A DNA stretch of 64,000 bases from a virus: positions 1 to 64,000 of the IMG/VR virus record IMGVR_UViG_3300023184_000042; one strand, 5' to 3'. Below the pieces are notes generated by a model. The model searched no databases. It worked only from the letters and a program-made list of their open reading frames with translations, and was not told the DNA's origin. This document shows, piece by piece, positions 18,475 through 29,045 of this stretch (its first letter is position 1; each line of letters starts with the position of its first letter). The translations under genes and the position numbers were made by a program.

Positions 18475-20655
18475 ATGGCAAAAAGCAGATTTTCGACGAA
18501 AGGTTTAGTAAGCAAGTATAGTAGATGGGACTCGAGATCATTCCGTACCGGATATAAGAGTACCAATACTTTATATGGTAACTCGTCATTCTGGATGGAT
18601 GATGAATTCCTTACTGATAAGCGTGAGGCGGGGCAGAGAGTAGATTATGTTAAGCTAGCTGGATATAAAAGAGCTATTGCGAACTTCGTAAGAATTGTAA
18701 CCAATAAAGATAATATTCCAGTAGTATTCTCTTCGGGTCAGGATTCCTATACCGATGGTCAAAAAGTAGTTATCTCAGCTAAATTAGATGAGAAGGTGTT
18801 TGACTCGACTGTGGGTCTTGCACTCCATGAAGGGTCTCATATTGCCTTAACCAACTTCAATGTATTGAGTAACCAATTAGGTTATGGATCGACAGAGACC
18901 GATAGATTGGTTCAATGGCATAAAGAAACCTTCGATGAGAATATAAATGCTAGCTCAATCGCTCCTAAGGTTAAGGATTTAGTAAACATCATTGAGGATA
19001 GACGTATAGATAGATTCGTATTTAACTCGGCTCCAGGTTACCAAGGTTATTATTTGGCAATGTATGATAAGTACTTCAACTCAAAGGACATTGACAAAGC
19101 TTTGTTATATGGATTGAAAGCAGAGTCTACCTGGGATGATTATATATTCCATGTATGTAATTTTGCTAACCCAAATAGAAAGTTAGATACTCTTCCTTCC
19201 TTAAGAGCCATATGGGACAAGATTAATATTGCCAATATCTCGAGACTTAAGACTACCGATGAGGTTTATGAAGTAGCCGTTGAGGTTTATAAGATGATAA
19301 TGGAAGCAATCGGTGGAATGGAAGCCAATGAAGAAAAGTCTAAAGACGGTCAAGGTAAAGGTAATAATAGCCCAGACTCAATAGAAGGAGAGCCAGGAGA
19401 GGGTGAAGGAGAAGGAGACGGAGAGAGCGATCCTAATATGGACCAAGGTACTCCCGGGAACGGTGAGCCGAAAGACGGTAAGCCTGGAGATGTTAAAGGT
19501 GATCAATCAGGAACTCCTAGACAGCCAATGACAGATAAAGAGAAAGCAGATCTTGAGAAAGTTAAAAGAACTCTAGGTAAAGCCATTGCAGCTCAGAAAG
19601 AGTTTATTGCTGGTAAGATTAAGAAAGGTAGACTATCAAAGACAGACGCCGCTAAGATTAATGCAGCAGCTGAGTCTAATATGAGTTATGAAACCGTAGG
19701 TGGTGACATTCATAATAATACGGGAAACAAGTTATCACAGAAGACTACTCGTTGTATGGTTATCAAAGGTATGAATGCCAAAGTGATTGCAACCGGAATG
19801 TTAAATAACCATTTTAGTACTTATAAGACTCCAGAAAGATTTACTGGAGACAATGACTTTGTTAATCAAGGTATGGTTCTTGGAACTCTATTAGGTAAAA
19901 AACTTAAGACTCGAGATGAAGAAAGATCTCTTAAGACAACGAGAATGGAAACCGGTAGAATGGATAGAAGAATGATTGCGGAGCTAGGTTTCGGTAACGA
20001 TAGAGTATTTTCTCAAACTCATCATTATACAGTGACTCCAGCATTGGTTCACATTAGTATAGATGCCTCGGGATCAATGGGAGGAAGAAAATGGAAGTCA
20101 GCCTTAAAGACTGCAATAGCAATTGCCAAGGCAGCGTCAATGACTTCTTCACTTCATTGTATTATTTCCTTAAGGGGCTGTTTCCAATCAGGAGGTTATT
20201 CAACCGAAGCTCCTTTAATGTGGGAGATATATGATTCTAGAAAAGACAAATTGCAAGCTTTAAAGAACAAATTTTATTCTTTAGATTGTAATGCATCGAC
20301 TCCAGAAGGTTTATGCTTCGAGGCTGTATTGAATGATGTGATTAAATCAGCTCAAGGTAAAGACATGTACTTCATTAATATATCCGATGGAGAGCCTGGA
20401 TACTCTGATCAAAATATCAATTATGGTGGAGACTATGCAGTACAGCACACTAAAATTCAAGTAGACAAAATGCGTAAGGCAGGAGTTAATGTATTATCTT
20501 ATTTCGTATCCGAAGGAAGTTCAGATTGGGGTATGTCTCGAGCTAAGTCCGCATTCGATACAATGTACGGGAAGGGCGCAGCCTATATAGACCAAAATAA
20601 CTTAAACGAGTTATCAAGAACTCTTAACCACTTATTTGAGCGTAAAGCAATATAA
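18475..20655 (+). CDS. CobT-like partner: N-terminal HExxH metallopeptidase-like domain, G/E-rich linker, C-terminal VWA
   Basis: LHEGSH, IEDRRID, MIDAS DASGS, TPE, ISDGEP. Confidence 0.85.
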   Translation: MAKSRFSTKGLVSKYSRWDSRSFRTGYKSTNTLYGNSSFWMDDEFLTDKREAGQRVDYVKLAGYKRAIANFVRIVTNKDNIPVVFSSGQDSYTDGQKVVISAKLDEKVFDSTVGLALHEGSHIALTNFNVLSNQLGYGSTETDRLVQWHKETFDENINASSIAPKVKDLVNIIEDRRIDRFVFNSAPGYQGYYLAMYDKYFNSKDIDKALLYGLKAESTWDDYIFHVCNFANPNRKLDTLPSLRAIWDKINIANISRLKTTDEVYEVAVEVYKMIMEAIGGMEANEEKSKDGQGKGNNSPDSIEGEPGEGEGEGDGESDPNMDQGTPGNGEPKDGKPGDVKGDQSGTPRQPMTDKEKADLEKVKRTLGKAIAAQKEFIAGKIKKGRLSKTDAAKINAAAESNMSYETVGGDIHNNTGNKLSQKTTRCMVIKGMNAKVIATGMLNNHFSTYKTPERFTGDNDFVNQGMVLGTLLGKKLKTRDEERSLKTTRMETGRMDRRMIAELGFGNDRVFSQTHHYTVTPALVHISIDASGSMGGRKWKSALKTAIAIAKAASMTSSLHCIISLRGCFQSGGYSTEAPLMWEIYDSRKDKLQALKNKFYSLDCNASTPEGLCFEAVLNDVIKSAQGKDMYFINISDGEPGYSDQNINYGGDYAVQHTKIQVDKMRKAGVNVLSYFVSEGSSDWGMSRAKSAFDTMYGKGAAYIDQNNLNELSRTLNHLFERKAI

Positions 20656-20957
20656 TAAGGGTAGAGTATATATAGAGCGATAGAATACCCTAGGGATCAG
20701 TTAATATATAACTCAAGAACCCTAGGGTTATCGTCTATAGAACCCTTAATATATAGAGTAGACTAAGGGTATTCCCTATATATAGACCTATGTATTAAGG
20801 GTAAACCCTGGTATAATTTCACTTAAAACAGAAGAAAAGATCGACCCGGAGGGGGCCTATATCACGTTTTTATTGAGGCAATAGTTTTTTTCATATAGAC
20901 CTTGGTTTGGATGGTTAAGGTACCCTTAATCCATTCCGCAGGCCGAAAGCCTGCTCC
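20656..20957. repeat. palindrome/repeat-rich non-coding region
   Basis: repeated AAGGGT/ACCCT, AACCCTAGGGTT palindrome, TATATAGA units, hairpin GCAGGC-CGAAA-GCCTGC. Confidence 0.55.
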
Positions 20958-21008
20958 ACAAAACAATTTACGCTCATAACGCAATAAACAAAATAAAATT
21001 AAATAACA

Positions 21009-21251
21009 ATGAAAAAACACATGAAGGCAGTTATTCGTCAAGCTGAAAAAGCAGGCGATTCGAAAATTACGGCACGGGTGCTAACGCACTTCAAAGATCA
21101 AGGCTTTGAGTTAGTACTTAAAAGTGACCTTAAAGCAATGGAAAAACTTAATAAATTATACAAGAGTCAAATCAACGATTTAGTCGACGTCAATTGGGAG
21201 ATTCAAATGCGGCTGTATGACGCCCAATTGACTCGAAAAGACCGGCCGTAA
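21009..21251 (+). CDS. hypothetical protein
   Basis: 80-aa ORF with A-rich upstream region. Confidence 0.5.
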   Translation: MKKHMKAVIRQAEKAGDSKITARVLTHFKDQGFELVLKSDLKAMEKLNKLYKSQINDLVDVNWEIQMRLYDAQLTRKDRP

Positions 21252-21417
21252 ATGCTTCGAAACTGCAAAGCGCATATAAAGACCTTGCGGCCTAAAAAAT
21301 CGGCATTCTAATAGACCCAATTCCAGTAGTTTCCAGTAGGTAAAATTTCTTGAAAATGATTAGGATCATACCAAATTTATTCATATCTTTATGTATAGAA
21401 ATTAAAATGAATCAATT

Positions 21418-21579
21418 ATGAACCGAGTAAAAAAGACTTTTATTGTGCGAGTTATTAATCGAGATGGCTCAATTGTGCTAATACCATTTTCTTCAAAGAC
21501 CGCAGCTAGAGCTCAAGAGAAAAAAGAAATGAAAAAGCCAACCACGAGTTTTGTAGTTCTAACCGAAATTCTCTCTTAA
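21418..21579 (+). CDS. small early protein MNRVKKTFIVRV... (53 aa, not in ORF track)
   Basis: ATG directly downstream of promoter 21360. Confidence 0.55.
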   Translation: MNRVKKTFIVRVINRDGSIVLIPFSSKTAARAQEKKEMKKPTTSFVVLTEILS

Positions 21580-21676
21580 TATGGAATTCTGGAAAGTATG
21601 GCTCATAGCCGCGCCGCTATGGCTAATAGCAATGAAGTTATATGATATTGAAAAACACTTAAAAAACAAATAAGAT

Positions 21677-22024
21677 ATGAAAGAATTTAAAGAAATGCAG
21701 GCTTTTAATAAGCAACAAAAGGAAGAAATGTTAAGAGTAGCAGTTAAAGCATTAGGAGTTCTTCCTGAAAATGTATCAATTAGTTGTTGGACTACAAGTT
21801 TAATAGTTTTAGAAGTAAATAAATCCTCAGCATTAAGACTATTAATAGTTGATAAAATTGTAAAAGAACCTTTGTTAAGAGTAGAGAAAGACGTCCAATT
21901 TTTAAATGCAGAACAAGAATCTCTTAAGAAGTTAGTAATGAAAAAGAAAGCTCACTACTCTTCAATAATTCTTCCACTTTATTTGAAGATGAAACAAGAG
22001 ATGGAACAATTTAAAAACAAATAA
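21677..22024 (+). CDS. hypothetical protein
   Basis: ORF track. Confidence 0.55.
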   Translation: MKEFKEMQAFNKQQKEEMLRVAVKALGVLPENVSISCWTTSLIVLEVNKSSALRLLIVDKIVKEPLLRVEKDVQFLNAEQESLKKLVMKKKAHYSSIILPLYLKMKQEMEQFKNK

Positions 22025-22027
22025 GAT

Positions 22028-22474
22028 ATGAAAAACATACACATCGTACCAACAGACAAACCAAGTAGGTTGATAATTTACTCAACTTTATTAAATGAGT
22101 TTAGATTGTTAGATGAACCATATGATGATTGGAAGCATAAACGAAACATCCACATCACTTCTGATGAAGAAATTAAAGAAGGAGATTGGTTTTTAACTGA
22201 TGACAAAAGAGTTGAAAAATGTGCTCCTGATTGGAGAGCAAGAGAATGGCATAAAAAAATCATTCTAACAACAGATGACCAACTTATCAAAGATGGTGTA
22301 CAAGCTATTGATGATGATTTTCTTAAATGGTTTGTTGAAAATCCAAATCATGAGAAAGTTGAGGTTGTTAAAGAACAATATTATCAATTTGTAGGGAATG
22401 CCAAATTACGACTTAAACCTAATTACAAAATCATAATCCAATGGAAACTAACTGCAAAGACTGTAATCGATTAA
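22028..22474 (+). CDS. hypothetical phage protein (MKNIHIVPTDKPSRL...EEIKEGDW)
   Basis: ORF track; motif recalled from uncultured freshwater phages. Confidence 0.6.
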   Translation: MKNIHIVPTDKPSRLIIYSTLLNEFRLLDEPYDDWKHKRNIHITSDEEIKEGDWFLTDDKRVEKCAPDWRAREWHKKIILTTDDQLIKDGVQAIDDDFLKWFVENPNHEKVEVVKEQYYQFVGNAKLRLKPNYKIIIQWKLTAKTVID

Positions 22475-22845
22475 TAGATGAATGTACCTGTTTAGAAGAC
22501 ACAATCGACTTTCCTAAATACACTCGAGATCAAAAGCGCCGCGCTGTGCAAGAGATAGTTCGTCGTTTAAACGAATTCGATTCGACTTTGAAACTTGTTC
22601 GCCAATTCGACATCACTAAAGAAGACATACTCGAGTACACTGCGGCTCGATACGTTAATTCATCGAAATATACATTTGATCAAGCAGTTGAAGAAGCGAC
22701 TGAGCTTCGAACTCGCGCAATAGAAGCGGCTCGAGATCGTGAGGAGATGCTGAAAGAAGCTCATACGGCATCTGTAGCTAGATACATGAAGAGCGCAGGA
22801 ATGGTACCTCATTCGAGCATAAAATCATATACGGATTGGGCATAG
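22441..22845 (+). CDS. hypothetical protein
   Basis: ORF track; N-terminal CxxC-x5-CxC. Confidence 0.5.
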   Translation: METNCKDCNRLIDECTCLEDTIDFPKYTRDQKRRAVQEIVRRLNEFDSTLKLVRQFDITKEDILEYTAARYVNSSKYTFDQAVEEATELRTRAIEAARDREEMLKEAHTASVARYMKSAGMVPHSSIKSYTDWA

Positions 22846-22979
22846 ATTTTGGATGTCTTAACCGCAGCGTTTACCGCACGAAATGCTGGAACGCCCGCCG
22901 CCAAAAATAATTGCCAAATGATTAGGTTTGTATTGTTTTTATTCTTATCTTTATGTATAGAAATTAAAAAATAGACATT

Positions 22980-23399
22980 ATGAATTTAGTAAACCCGGAA
23001 TCGTTAGCTCAAGTATTGAAGTCGAAAAAGAGAAACAAAGGCGGTAATTTAACTGTAGTAAGTAAAGCAACCAAGAAAGAATTTACCTATAGAATTGCTA
23101 GAAGTGAGTTCAAAGATAAATGGTATACGCAGGTGTATGTGGAAACTCAATATTTGCAATTCAAGCATTTAGGTGTGTATAAAGAAGGAGGATTGTTTAA
23201 AGCGGGTCAGGCTGTTGTTACTCCTGCTGCATTAGGAGCTAGTTGGTTATTAAAGCATTGTGAAAATGGAAATCATACATTGGTAACTACTCAGGCTGAA
23301 ATTTATCACACTGGTAGTTGTTTGAAATGTGGTAAGGAATTAACCGACTCTGAATCTATTAAAGCTGGATTAGGGCCGATTTGTAGATCAATAAAATAA
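22980..23399 (+). CDS. DUF6011-like zinc-binding protein
   Basis: CLKCGKELTDSESIKAGLGPIC. Confidence 0.75.
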   Translation: MNLVNPESLAQVLKSKKRNKGGNLTVVSKATKKEFTYRIARSEFKDKWYTQVYVETQYLQFKHLGVYKEGGLFKAGQAVVTPAALGASWLLKHCENGNHTLVTTQAEIYHTGSCLKCGKELTDSESIKAGLGPICRSIK

Positions 23400-23477
23400 T
23401 AAAAGATATGCCAAATGATTTGGTTCTTACAGATATTTTACTTATCTTTATATATAGAAATTTAAAAATTGACAATT

Positions 23478-23609
23478 ATGAAAAATGTATTTAATGTGTT
23501 CCGTGAAACTTATGTAACGGATAAAAAAGAGTTTTTTGGTTCAATCGCGTTTATTATTATATGGGCTTCCATGTTGTATGCAGCGTTAATAATTGGAGGA
23601 GGTAAGTAA
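23478..23609 (+). CDS. small membrane protein (43 aa, not in ORF track)
   Basis: ATG after promoter 23419; FFGSIAFIIIWASMLYAALII. Confidence 0.5.
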   Translation: MKNVFNVFRETYVTDKKEFFGSIAFIIIWASMLYAALIIGGGK

Positions 23610-23610
23610 T

Positions 23611-24477
23611 ATGAAGAAGATGAATCACGTTGTAGACCGTAATTTAATTAAATGGGGGTCGTTTGGTAAGTATGGTAATGAGCCAATAAAGTATACTTTG
23701 ATTAGAGATCTTTCTGATTCTCACTTAATGAGAATTGTAGAATGGGTTAAAGACAATCCACATTATCATCCAGATATTTTGAGGTTGATGAAAGATGAAG
23801 TAAAATTTAGAATTAAGAATTTAATATTTGTTCCAGACTATGAAAACAATTAAGATGAATCCTTCTCAAGAGTTTATTGGGATGAAACTATTATCTGATA
23901 AGCCTGTAGAGGTGAATTTCAGAAAAGGCAAAAAGAACATTATAATCTGTAATGAGATTGAATGTACAAATGCTAATGCGACCGGTCGAAGGTTGACATT
24001 GACTTTCAAAGATAATAAAGGTACTGAGTTAGGTACCCGTCGAGTTTATTTTGAACATTTTGAAAAGATGGGTGATAGATTTGGTATTGACATTTATGAT
24101 AACTAAACCCTGAACCTATGTTTAAAAAATTAAGAGCGAAGTTTGCATATAAGCCAGACTTTCAAGAAACGCAGTTTATTAACATTGTAGATACTTTACT
24201 TAAGCATCCAAAGACCTCGGTAGTCATGACTCCGTTATCTAATAAGTATTTTGTAATTAATGAGTCTAAACACTATTACATTAAATTGCAGAGTCCTAAT
24301 ATTCAGTTTACAAATTCTAAATTTTCGTTTGCAAAGTCACTTAATTTCAAAGCGTGTGATATCATTACTAAAATGATTCATGACGTAATAGAAAAAGATC
24401 GTCAGCAAATTGAGGATAGAATTTTCACTAACGAAAAATGTATGTTAGATAGTGTTATTAATAACTTAAACAAATAA
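23611..24477 (+). CDS. three consecutive hypothetical proteins (about 23611-23853, 23840-24106, 24118-24477)
   Basis: tightly packed ORFs. Confidence 0.5.
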
Positions 24478-24480
24478 ATT

Positions 24481-25038
24481 ATGTTTTATAGATACAATTC
24501 AGATCAATTAGCTTTTGAACGAGTCAGGACTAAAACCTTTGTCAAAGCCATTGCAATATTAGTTGCAGTAGTTGTTGTATTTGGCTGGAGTATTGCTCCT
24601 AGAGCTACTATTAAAAATTTGAGCCCTGAAGAAAAACTTATTGTAGTTCGAGAGTATAATGAGTTTTCAGAGGCTAAACTTATTGATGAGATCAAGTCTC
24701 TTAATTTTAAATTTCCTTATATTGTTCTAGCACAATCTTATCAAGAGTCAGGTCATTATAAGTCTACTATCTTTCGAGAAAACAATAACATGTTTGGAAT
24801 GAAAGAAGCTGTAGTTAGGTCTAATTTAGCGAAAGGAACTAACCGCGGTCATGCAATGTATGATACCTGGCAGGATTGTGTAATTGACTATGCTTTATAT
24901 TACTCTACCTATTTATCAGACATTAAGACTGAAGGAGAGTATTTCGAGTTTTTAAGACAAAATTATGCTGAAGATCCTACTTACGTTACCCGATTAAAAA
25001 ATATTATTAAAACAAGAAACCTTAAAACAAAATTCTAA
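24481..25038 (+). CDS. GH73 glucosaminidase-like peptidoglycan hydrolase with N-terminal TM helix
   Basis: AQSYQESG, NNMFGMK, YAEDPTY. Confidence 0.8.
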   Translation: MFYRYNSDQLAFERVRTKTFVKAIAILVAVVVVFGWSIAPRATIKNLSPEEKLIVVREYNEFSEAKLIDEIKSLNFKFPYIVLAQSYQESGHYKSTIFRENNNMFGMKEAVVRSNLAKGTNRGHAMYDTWQDCVIDYALYYSTYLSDIKTEGEYFEFLRQNYAEDPTYVTRLKNIIKTRNLKTKF

Positions 25039-25126
25039 ATGGAACCAACTTACGCAGAAAGATTACTTATGGATTACAATCCAATTACCGGAACAACTTA
25101 CGGTTTAGTTATGGTAGATGTAACAA

Positions 25127-25726
25127 ATGAAGAATCTGAAAATTAATTTAATACAAGCAGATATGTCACAAAATTTACCAGCACCAAAGGAAAGAGTACT
25201 TTACATCGCAAAACAAGTAGATCAAGATTCTATTAATGAATTAACTAAATCTATCATCTCTATCAATGAAGATGACAGACATTTAGAAAAGGTATATTCC
25301 TTACAAGATATTGACTACAAACCAAAGCCAATTAAAATTTACATAGATTCTTATGGAGGATATGTATATCAATGTTTTGGATTGTTAAGCATAATTGCCA
25401 CTTCAAAAACGCCTATTCATACAATCGTAACTGGATGTGCAATGAGTTGTGGATTCTTAATTGCTATCTCAGGTCATAAGAGATTTTGTTATCCAAAGTC
25501 GACTTATATGTATCATCAAGTATCTTCTGGAGCTATTGGAAAAGTAAAGGATTTAGAGGAAGATGTGTATGAGACTAAACGTTTACAAAAAATGTTAGAG
25601 CAACATACTTTGGAGTTTACAAAAATATCTAAAAAGCGTTTGAAAGAAGTTTATAAAACTAAATTTGATTGGTTTATGAACTCGGAAGAAGCTAAAAAAT
25701 GCTCTGTAGTAGACGAAATACTTTAA
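25127..25726 (+). CDS. clpP: ClpP-like protease subunit (likely start 25163)
   Basis: IYIDSYGG, AMSCG (catalytic Ser), MYHQ, DWFMNSEEA. Confidence 0.8.
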   Translation: MKNLKINLIQADMSQNLPAPKERVLYIAKQVDQDSINELTKSIISINEDDRHLEKVYSLQDIDYKPKPIKIYIDSYGGYVYQCFGLLSIIATSKTPIHTIVTGCAMSCGFLIAISGHKRFCYPKSTYMYHQVSSGAIGKVKDLEEDVYETKRLQKMLEQHTLEFTKISKKRLKEVYKTKFDWFMNSEEAKKCSVVDEIL

Positions 25727-25782
25727 CAGAAATTAGGATTTAAGAAAATTAATTCTTATCTTTATATATAGAAATTAGAAAG

Positions 25783-26394
25783 ATGAAGTCAATAGTAATT
25801 TATATTCACGGTTTTGCCTCAGGCCCCGGTCTTAAGGCAGAATTGATGAAAAACGCGTTTCCGAATTCGGAGATAGTAGCTCCCCAATTAACAGGACATG
25901 TAGAAGAAGATTTAGTAACTTTGAAGAAGTTAGTTTTCCAATATACAAAGTATGGTAACCAAATTCACATTGTAGGAACTTCGTTAGGAGGGTTTTATAC
26001 ATTATGTATAGCTGCTTCTTTGGATATAAAAAAAGTGGAAACCCCTCCTAAATTTTATGTAATTAATCCTTCATTCAGCCCTCATGAAACGCTATTAAGA
26101 CATAAAGATAAAGAGGTACCTAATTATAAAATTGGACCTGCTATTACGTTAATTGACGCTGACTTCGGAGCTTTAAAAGCTAATAAAGACTATATGATGA
26201 AGAACTTTCCAGGAGGTATTGATTTGAATGTATTTATTGGTACTAAAGATGAAGTGTTAGTATTTGATGAATTTCTTGAGTTTCTTGAAACGGTACCGGG
26301 GCTTATGACTAATATGCATTATTCAGATCAAGCTCACAGATTTACTAATATTGATAGTGTTATTAAATCTTTAACGTTAAATGGAGTTAGTTAA
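25783..26394 (+). CDS. YqiA/YcfP-like alpha/beta hydrolase
   Basis: YIHGF, GTSLGG, INPS, DEV, HRF. Confidence 0.8.
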   Translation: MKSIVIYIHGFASGPGLKAELMKNAFPNSEIVAPQLTGHVEEDLVTLKKLVFQYTKYGNQIHIVGTSLGGFYTLCIAASLDIKKVETPPKFYVINPSFSPHETLLRHKDKEVPNYKIGPAITLIDADFGALKANKDYMMKNFPGGIDLNVFIGTKDEVLVFDEFLEFLETVPGLMTNMHYSDQAHRFTNIDSVIKSLTLNGVS

Positions 26395-26422
26395 TATTTA
26401 TATAAGTAATTAACCATATACT

Positions 26423-26968
26423 ATGTTAAAACTAGCTGACCTTTTAAAAGAATTAAACCTTCCAAAAAACAAATGGGTACCTGTACCTCATAATGAATTG
26501 GATGCGTTCAAAGAACAAATATTTCAATTAATTGATACTGCATATGCATCTATAGGAGGGCATCCTAATTATAGAAGTGCTAATGATGTAGAAAAGGAAG
26601 CTTCGGATACAGATTTTGAAGTTATTGATTTAGATGACACTCCTGGCATCGATGCTGTGGATGCATTTAAAACTACACCTGCTGGTGTTAAATTTGTTGC
26701 TACAGGACAAAATGGATCAAAAGCAGCTAAGTCAGCAATTATCAATAGAAAAGCAGAGTTGCTTAAACAAAGAGGTTATTATGTAGAAGTATCTGGTAAA
26801 ATTAAAGATATCTTTTTAGCCAAAGGAGTTCAGCCAGTAGACGATGAAGCTACGGTTAGAAAAGTTTTGAAAGGAAAAGATATCGAATGGCACGGAGACG
26901 GAACTTACACTAGAGATATTGCTGGAGAGCCTCATACAAAAATGTTATTAGGAAAACCTAAGGTATGA
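26423..26968 (+). CDS. class A leader protein isolated in the early region
   Basis: MLKLADLLKE; own AATATTTAT motif at 26393. Confidence 0.6.
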   Translation: MLKLADLLKELNLPKNKWVPVPHNELDAFKEQIFQLIDTAYASIGGHPNYRSANDVEKEASDTDFEVIDLDDTPGIDAVDAFKTTPAGVKFVATGQNGSKAAKSAIINRKAELLKQRGYYVEVSGKIKDIFLAKGVQPVDDEATVRKVLKGKDIEWHGDGTYTRDIAGEPHTKMLLGKPKV

Positions 26969-27073
26969 AACTAGAAGAAACTCAATTTACGATTCAAGAG
27001 ATATGGGCTGCGTCTCGACACCTTGTTCACAAAAACAAGAAGAAGTATCAGCGCAAGCCTAAACATAATAAAC

Positions 27074-28576
27074 ATGAAGAAAGAAAAGACTCTTAAAATT
27101 TTCATAGACGAATTTTATAAGTTTTTAAAGGTTACGGCAATTCCAGGTTCCATTCTTACTACTTCTATAATAAAGAAGTGGGTAATGTCTTTGGATGCTG
27201 AACATCCATTAATTCAATCTTATATAACGTTTAAAGACTTTGATGCTGATACAGTATTAAAGGCTGATGATTACAATTTAATTGTCTCACAAATGAAACA
27301 CTGCCCTGGGTATTATCAAGTAACTGCATATCAAAGAAGAGCAGGAACGGGAGCTTTACCTAAAGTAGTAAATGTAAAGAAAAATAAATTAAAAATTTAG
27401 TTATGGCCAAATTTGGTATTCACTCTCCTAATCAAAATACAATTCAAACGACTGTTGCAAAAGACTATGCAGCGATGATGGCTATTCATTTTGCACAATG
27501 GATGGCAATGAATTATGCTGAAGTGTTAAACACAGAAAATGGTATTTGGTATACAGAACAATTTTTACATTTTGAAACTCATGTATGGCCGAAATGGGTA
27601 GGCAATGGTGCAATGGTTGATTATTTAGATTTACTAAAAAAACAGCAAAATGATTTGGTAGTTAGATAAAAAATGCTTATCTTTATAAAAATTAAAAAAT
27701 ATGAATTTAGTCAATCATGAGCCTATGATTAAATGTTATGGAAATGGGTTTCAAATTACTTTTCCTAACAAATACACTCTTATTGTGAAGAATGGTTTAG
27801 GAGCTGCCTGCACTCAAAAACCTGCGTCTGACGATCCTGCAGAGATGCTATTAACTTATAAATTAGGCGGTAATTCAGGCCCTGACGTTCAAGTAGAGAT
27901 TTATTCTCCTTCTAAACAAGATATATCTAATACATTTGGAGATTTAAGTTTTATTACTCCCCTAGAATTAGTTAATCTATTATATATTTGTTCAGCCTTA
28001 AAACCCTAGATTATGAATGATATTTCGTTGACTGCTTATAAAGAACTAGATGTATCTACAAGAACGGCACTATTGAAATTCATTGAAGAATTTGAATGGA
28101 CATTTCCAGATGCTGATATTAATAATGCTCTAGTAAATTTGTATATAGCATACAGTGCTGGAACAGCCACTGATGGAAATGTTAGGAGTATGAAACATGC
28201 AGAATATCGCAGAAGAATATTTGATTTAGAATTGTATAAAGAATTTAGAATGATAGCTAGAAGTAAATCTACTTCAGTTAATTCATGGCCAGCTGCATTA
28301 TCTAGAAAAGAAGTTGCTATTTGTAAAATCACAATGATTACTACTTTATTCAGTATGTCTAGATATAATGCTATGGTAATAAAAGAAGGTCGCGAAATAT
28401 GTGAAATTATTGAAACTTTATTAAAGTCAATCGAGTCTTCTATTTACAAATGGAAATGGGATGACACTAAGCCTAAAGAAGTTTGGCCTGGTATAGATCC
28501 TGACGCCGCAGACTTTTTAAATACTTTATTTAAAACTTTTAGAAAAAACTTCCAAAAAGATTTGGCAGTTAGATAA
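27074..28576 (+). CDS. four hypothetical proteins (about 27074-27400, 27403-27669, 27701-28009, 28013-28576)
   Basis: packed ORFs, no recognisable motifs. Confidence 0.5.
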
Positions 28577-28614
28577 AAAATGCTTATCTTTATATTATAA
28601 TAAAAATAGAAATT

Positions 28615-28827
28615 ATGGATAATAAAAAAGTTTCCGGTAATGGAATTGGATTAGGAACTGTATTGTTTCTTATATTCTTAACATTGAAATTGGCCGAAGT
28701 AGGTCAAGTAGCGACATGGTCATGGTGGTGGATAACTTCTCCACTTTGGATTCCATTAGCTCTCGTTTTAGGCATAGCTGCTATAGCCTTAATATTAGCA
28801 GGAATTATTAAACTATTTAAAAATTAA
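28615..28827 (+). CDS. small two-TM phage membrane protein
   Basis: LFLIFLTLKL...WSWWWITSPLW. Confidence 0.7.
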   Translation: MDNKKVSGNGIGLGTVLFLIFLTLKLAEVGQVATWSWWWITSPLWIPLALVLGIAAIALILAGIIKLFKN

Positions 28828-28832
28828 TCATT

Positions 28833-29033
28833 ATGTATTACATGGCAAGAGTTCAATTGGAGTTTGAAAATGACAATGGACAAGTTAAAAAGAAATCAGA
28901 GACTTATTTAGTAAATGCAGAATCTGTCACAGACGCAGAAGCAATTGTGCATGCAGAGTTCAAAGACTACAAACATGAATTTGAAGTAAAATCAATTTCA
29001 CAGTCTAGAGTAATCGACGTATTAACCGCTTAA
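28833..29033 (+). CDS. DUF4494-like protein
   Basis: ENDNGQVKKKSETYLVNAESVTDAEA...I.DV. Confidence 0.65.
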   Translation: MYYMARVQLEFENDNGQVKKKSETYLVNAESVTDAEAIVHAEFKDYKHEFEVKSISQSRVIDVLTA

Positions 29034-29045
29034 TAAAAAGATACT

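Noticed and set aside
20656-20830. CRISPR array
   Set aside because: Repeats are 5-12 nt and irregularly spaced, with no repeat-spacer period and no cas genes
1032-28015. Amber (TAG) recoding, suggested by TAG stops in frame with the next ATG (1032-1037, 28007-28015) and a CUA-loop element
   Set aside because: Conserved genes (ThyA, ligase, UvsE, gp6) are intact under code 11, coding density is high, and there is no canonical suppressor tRNA
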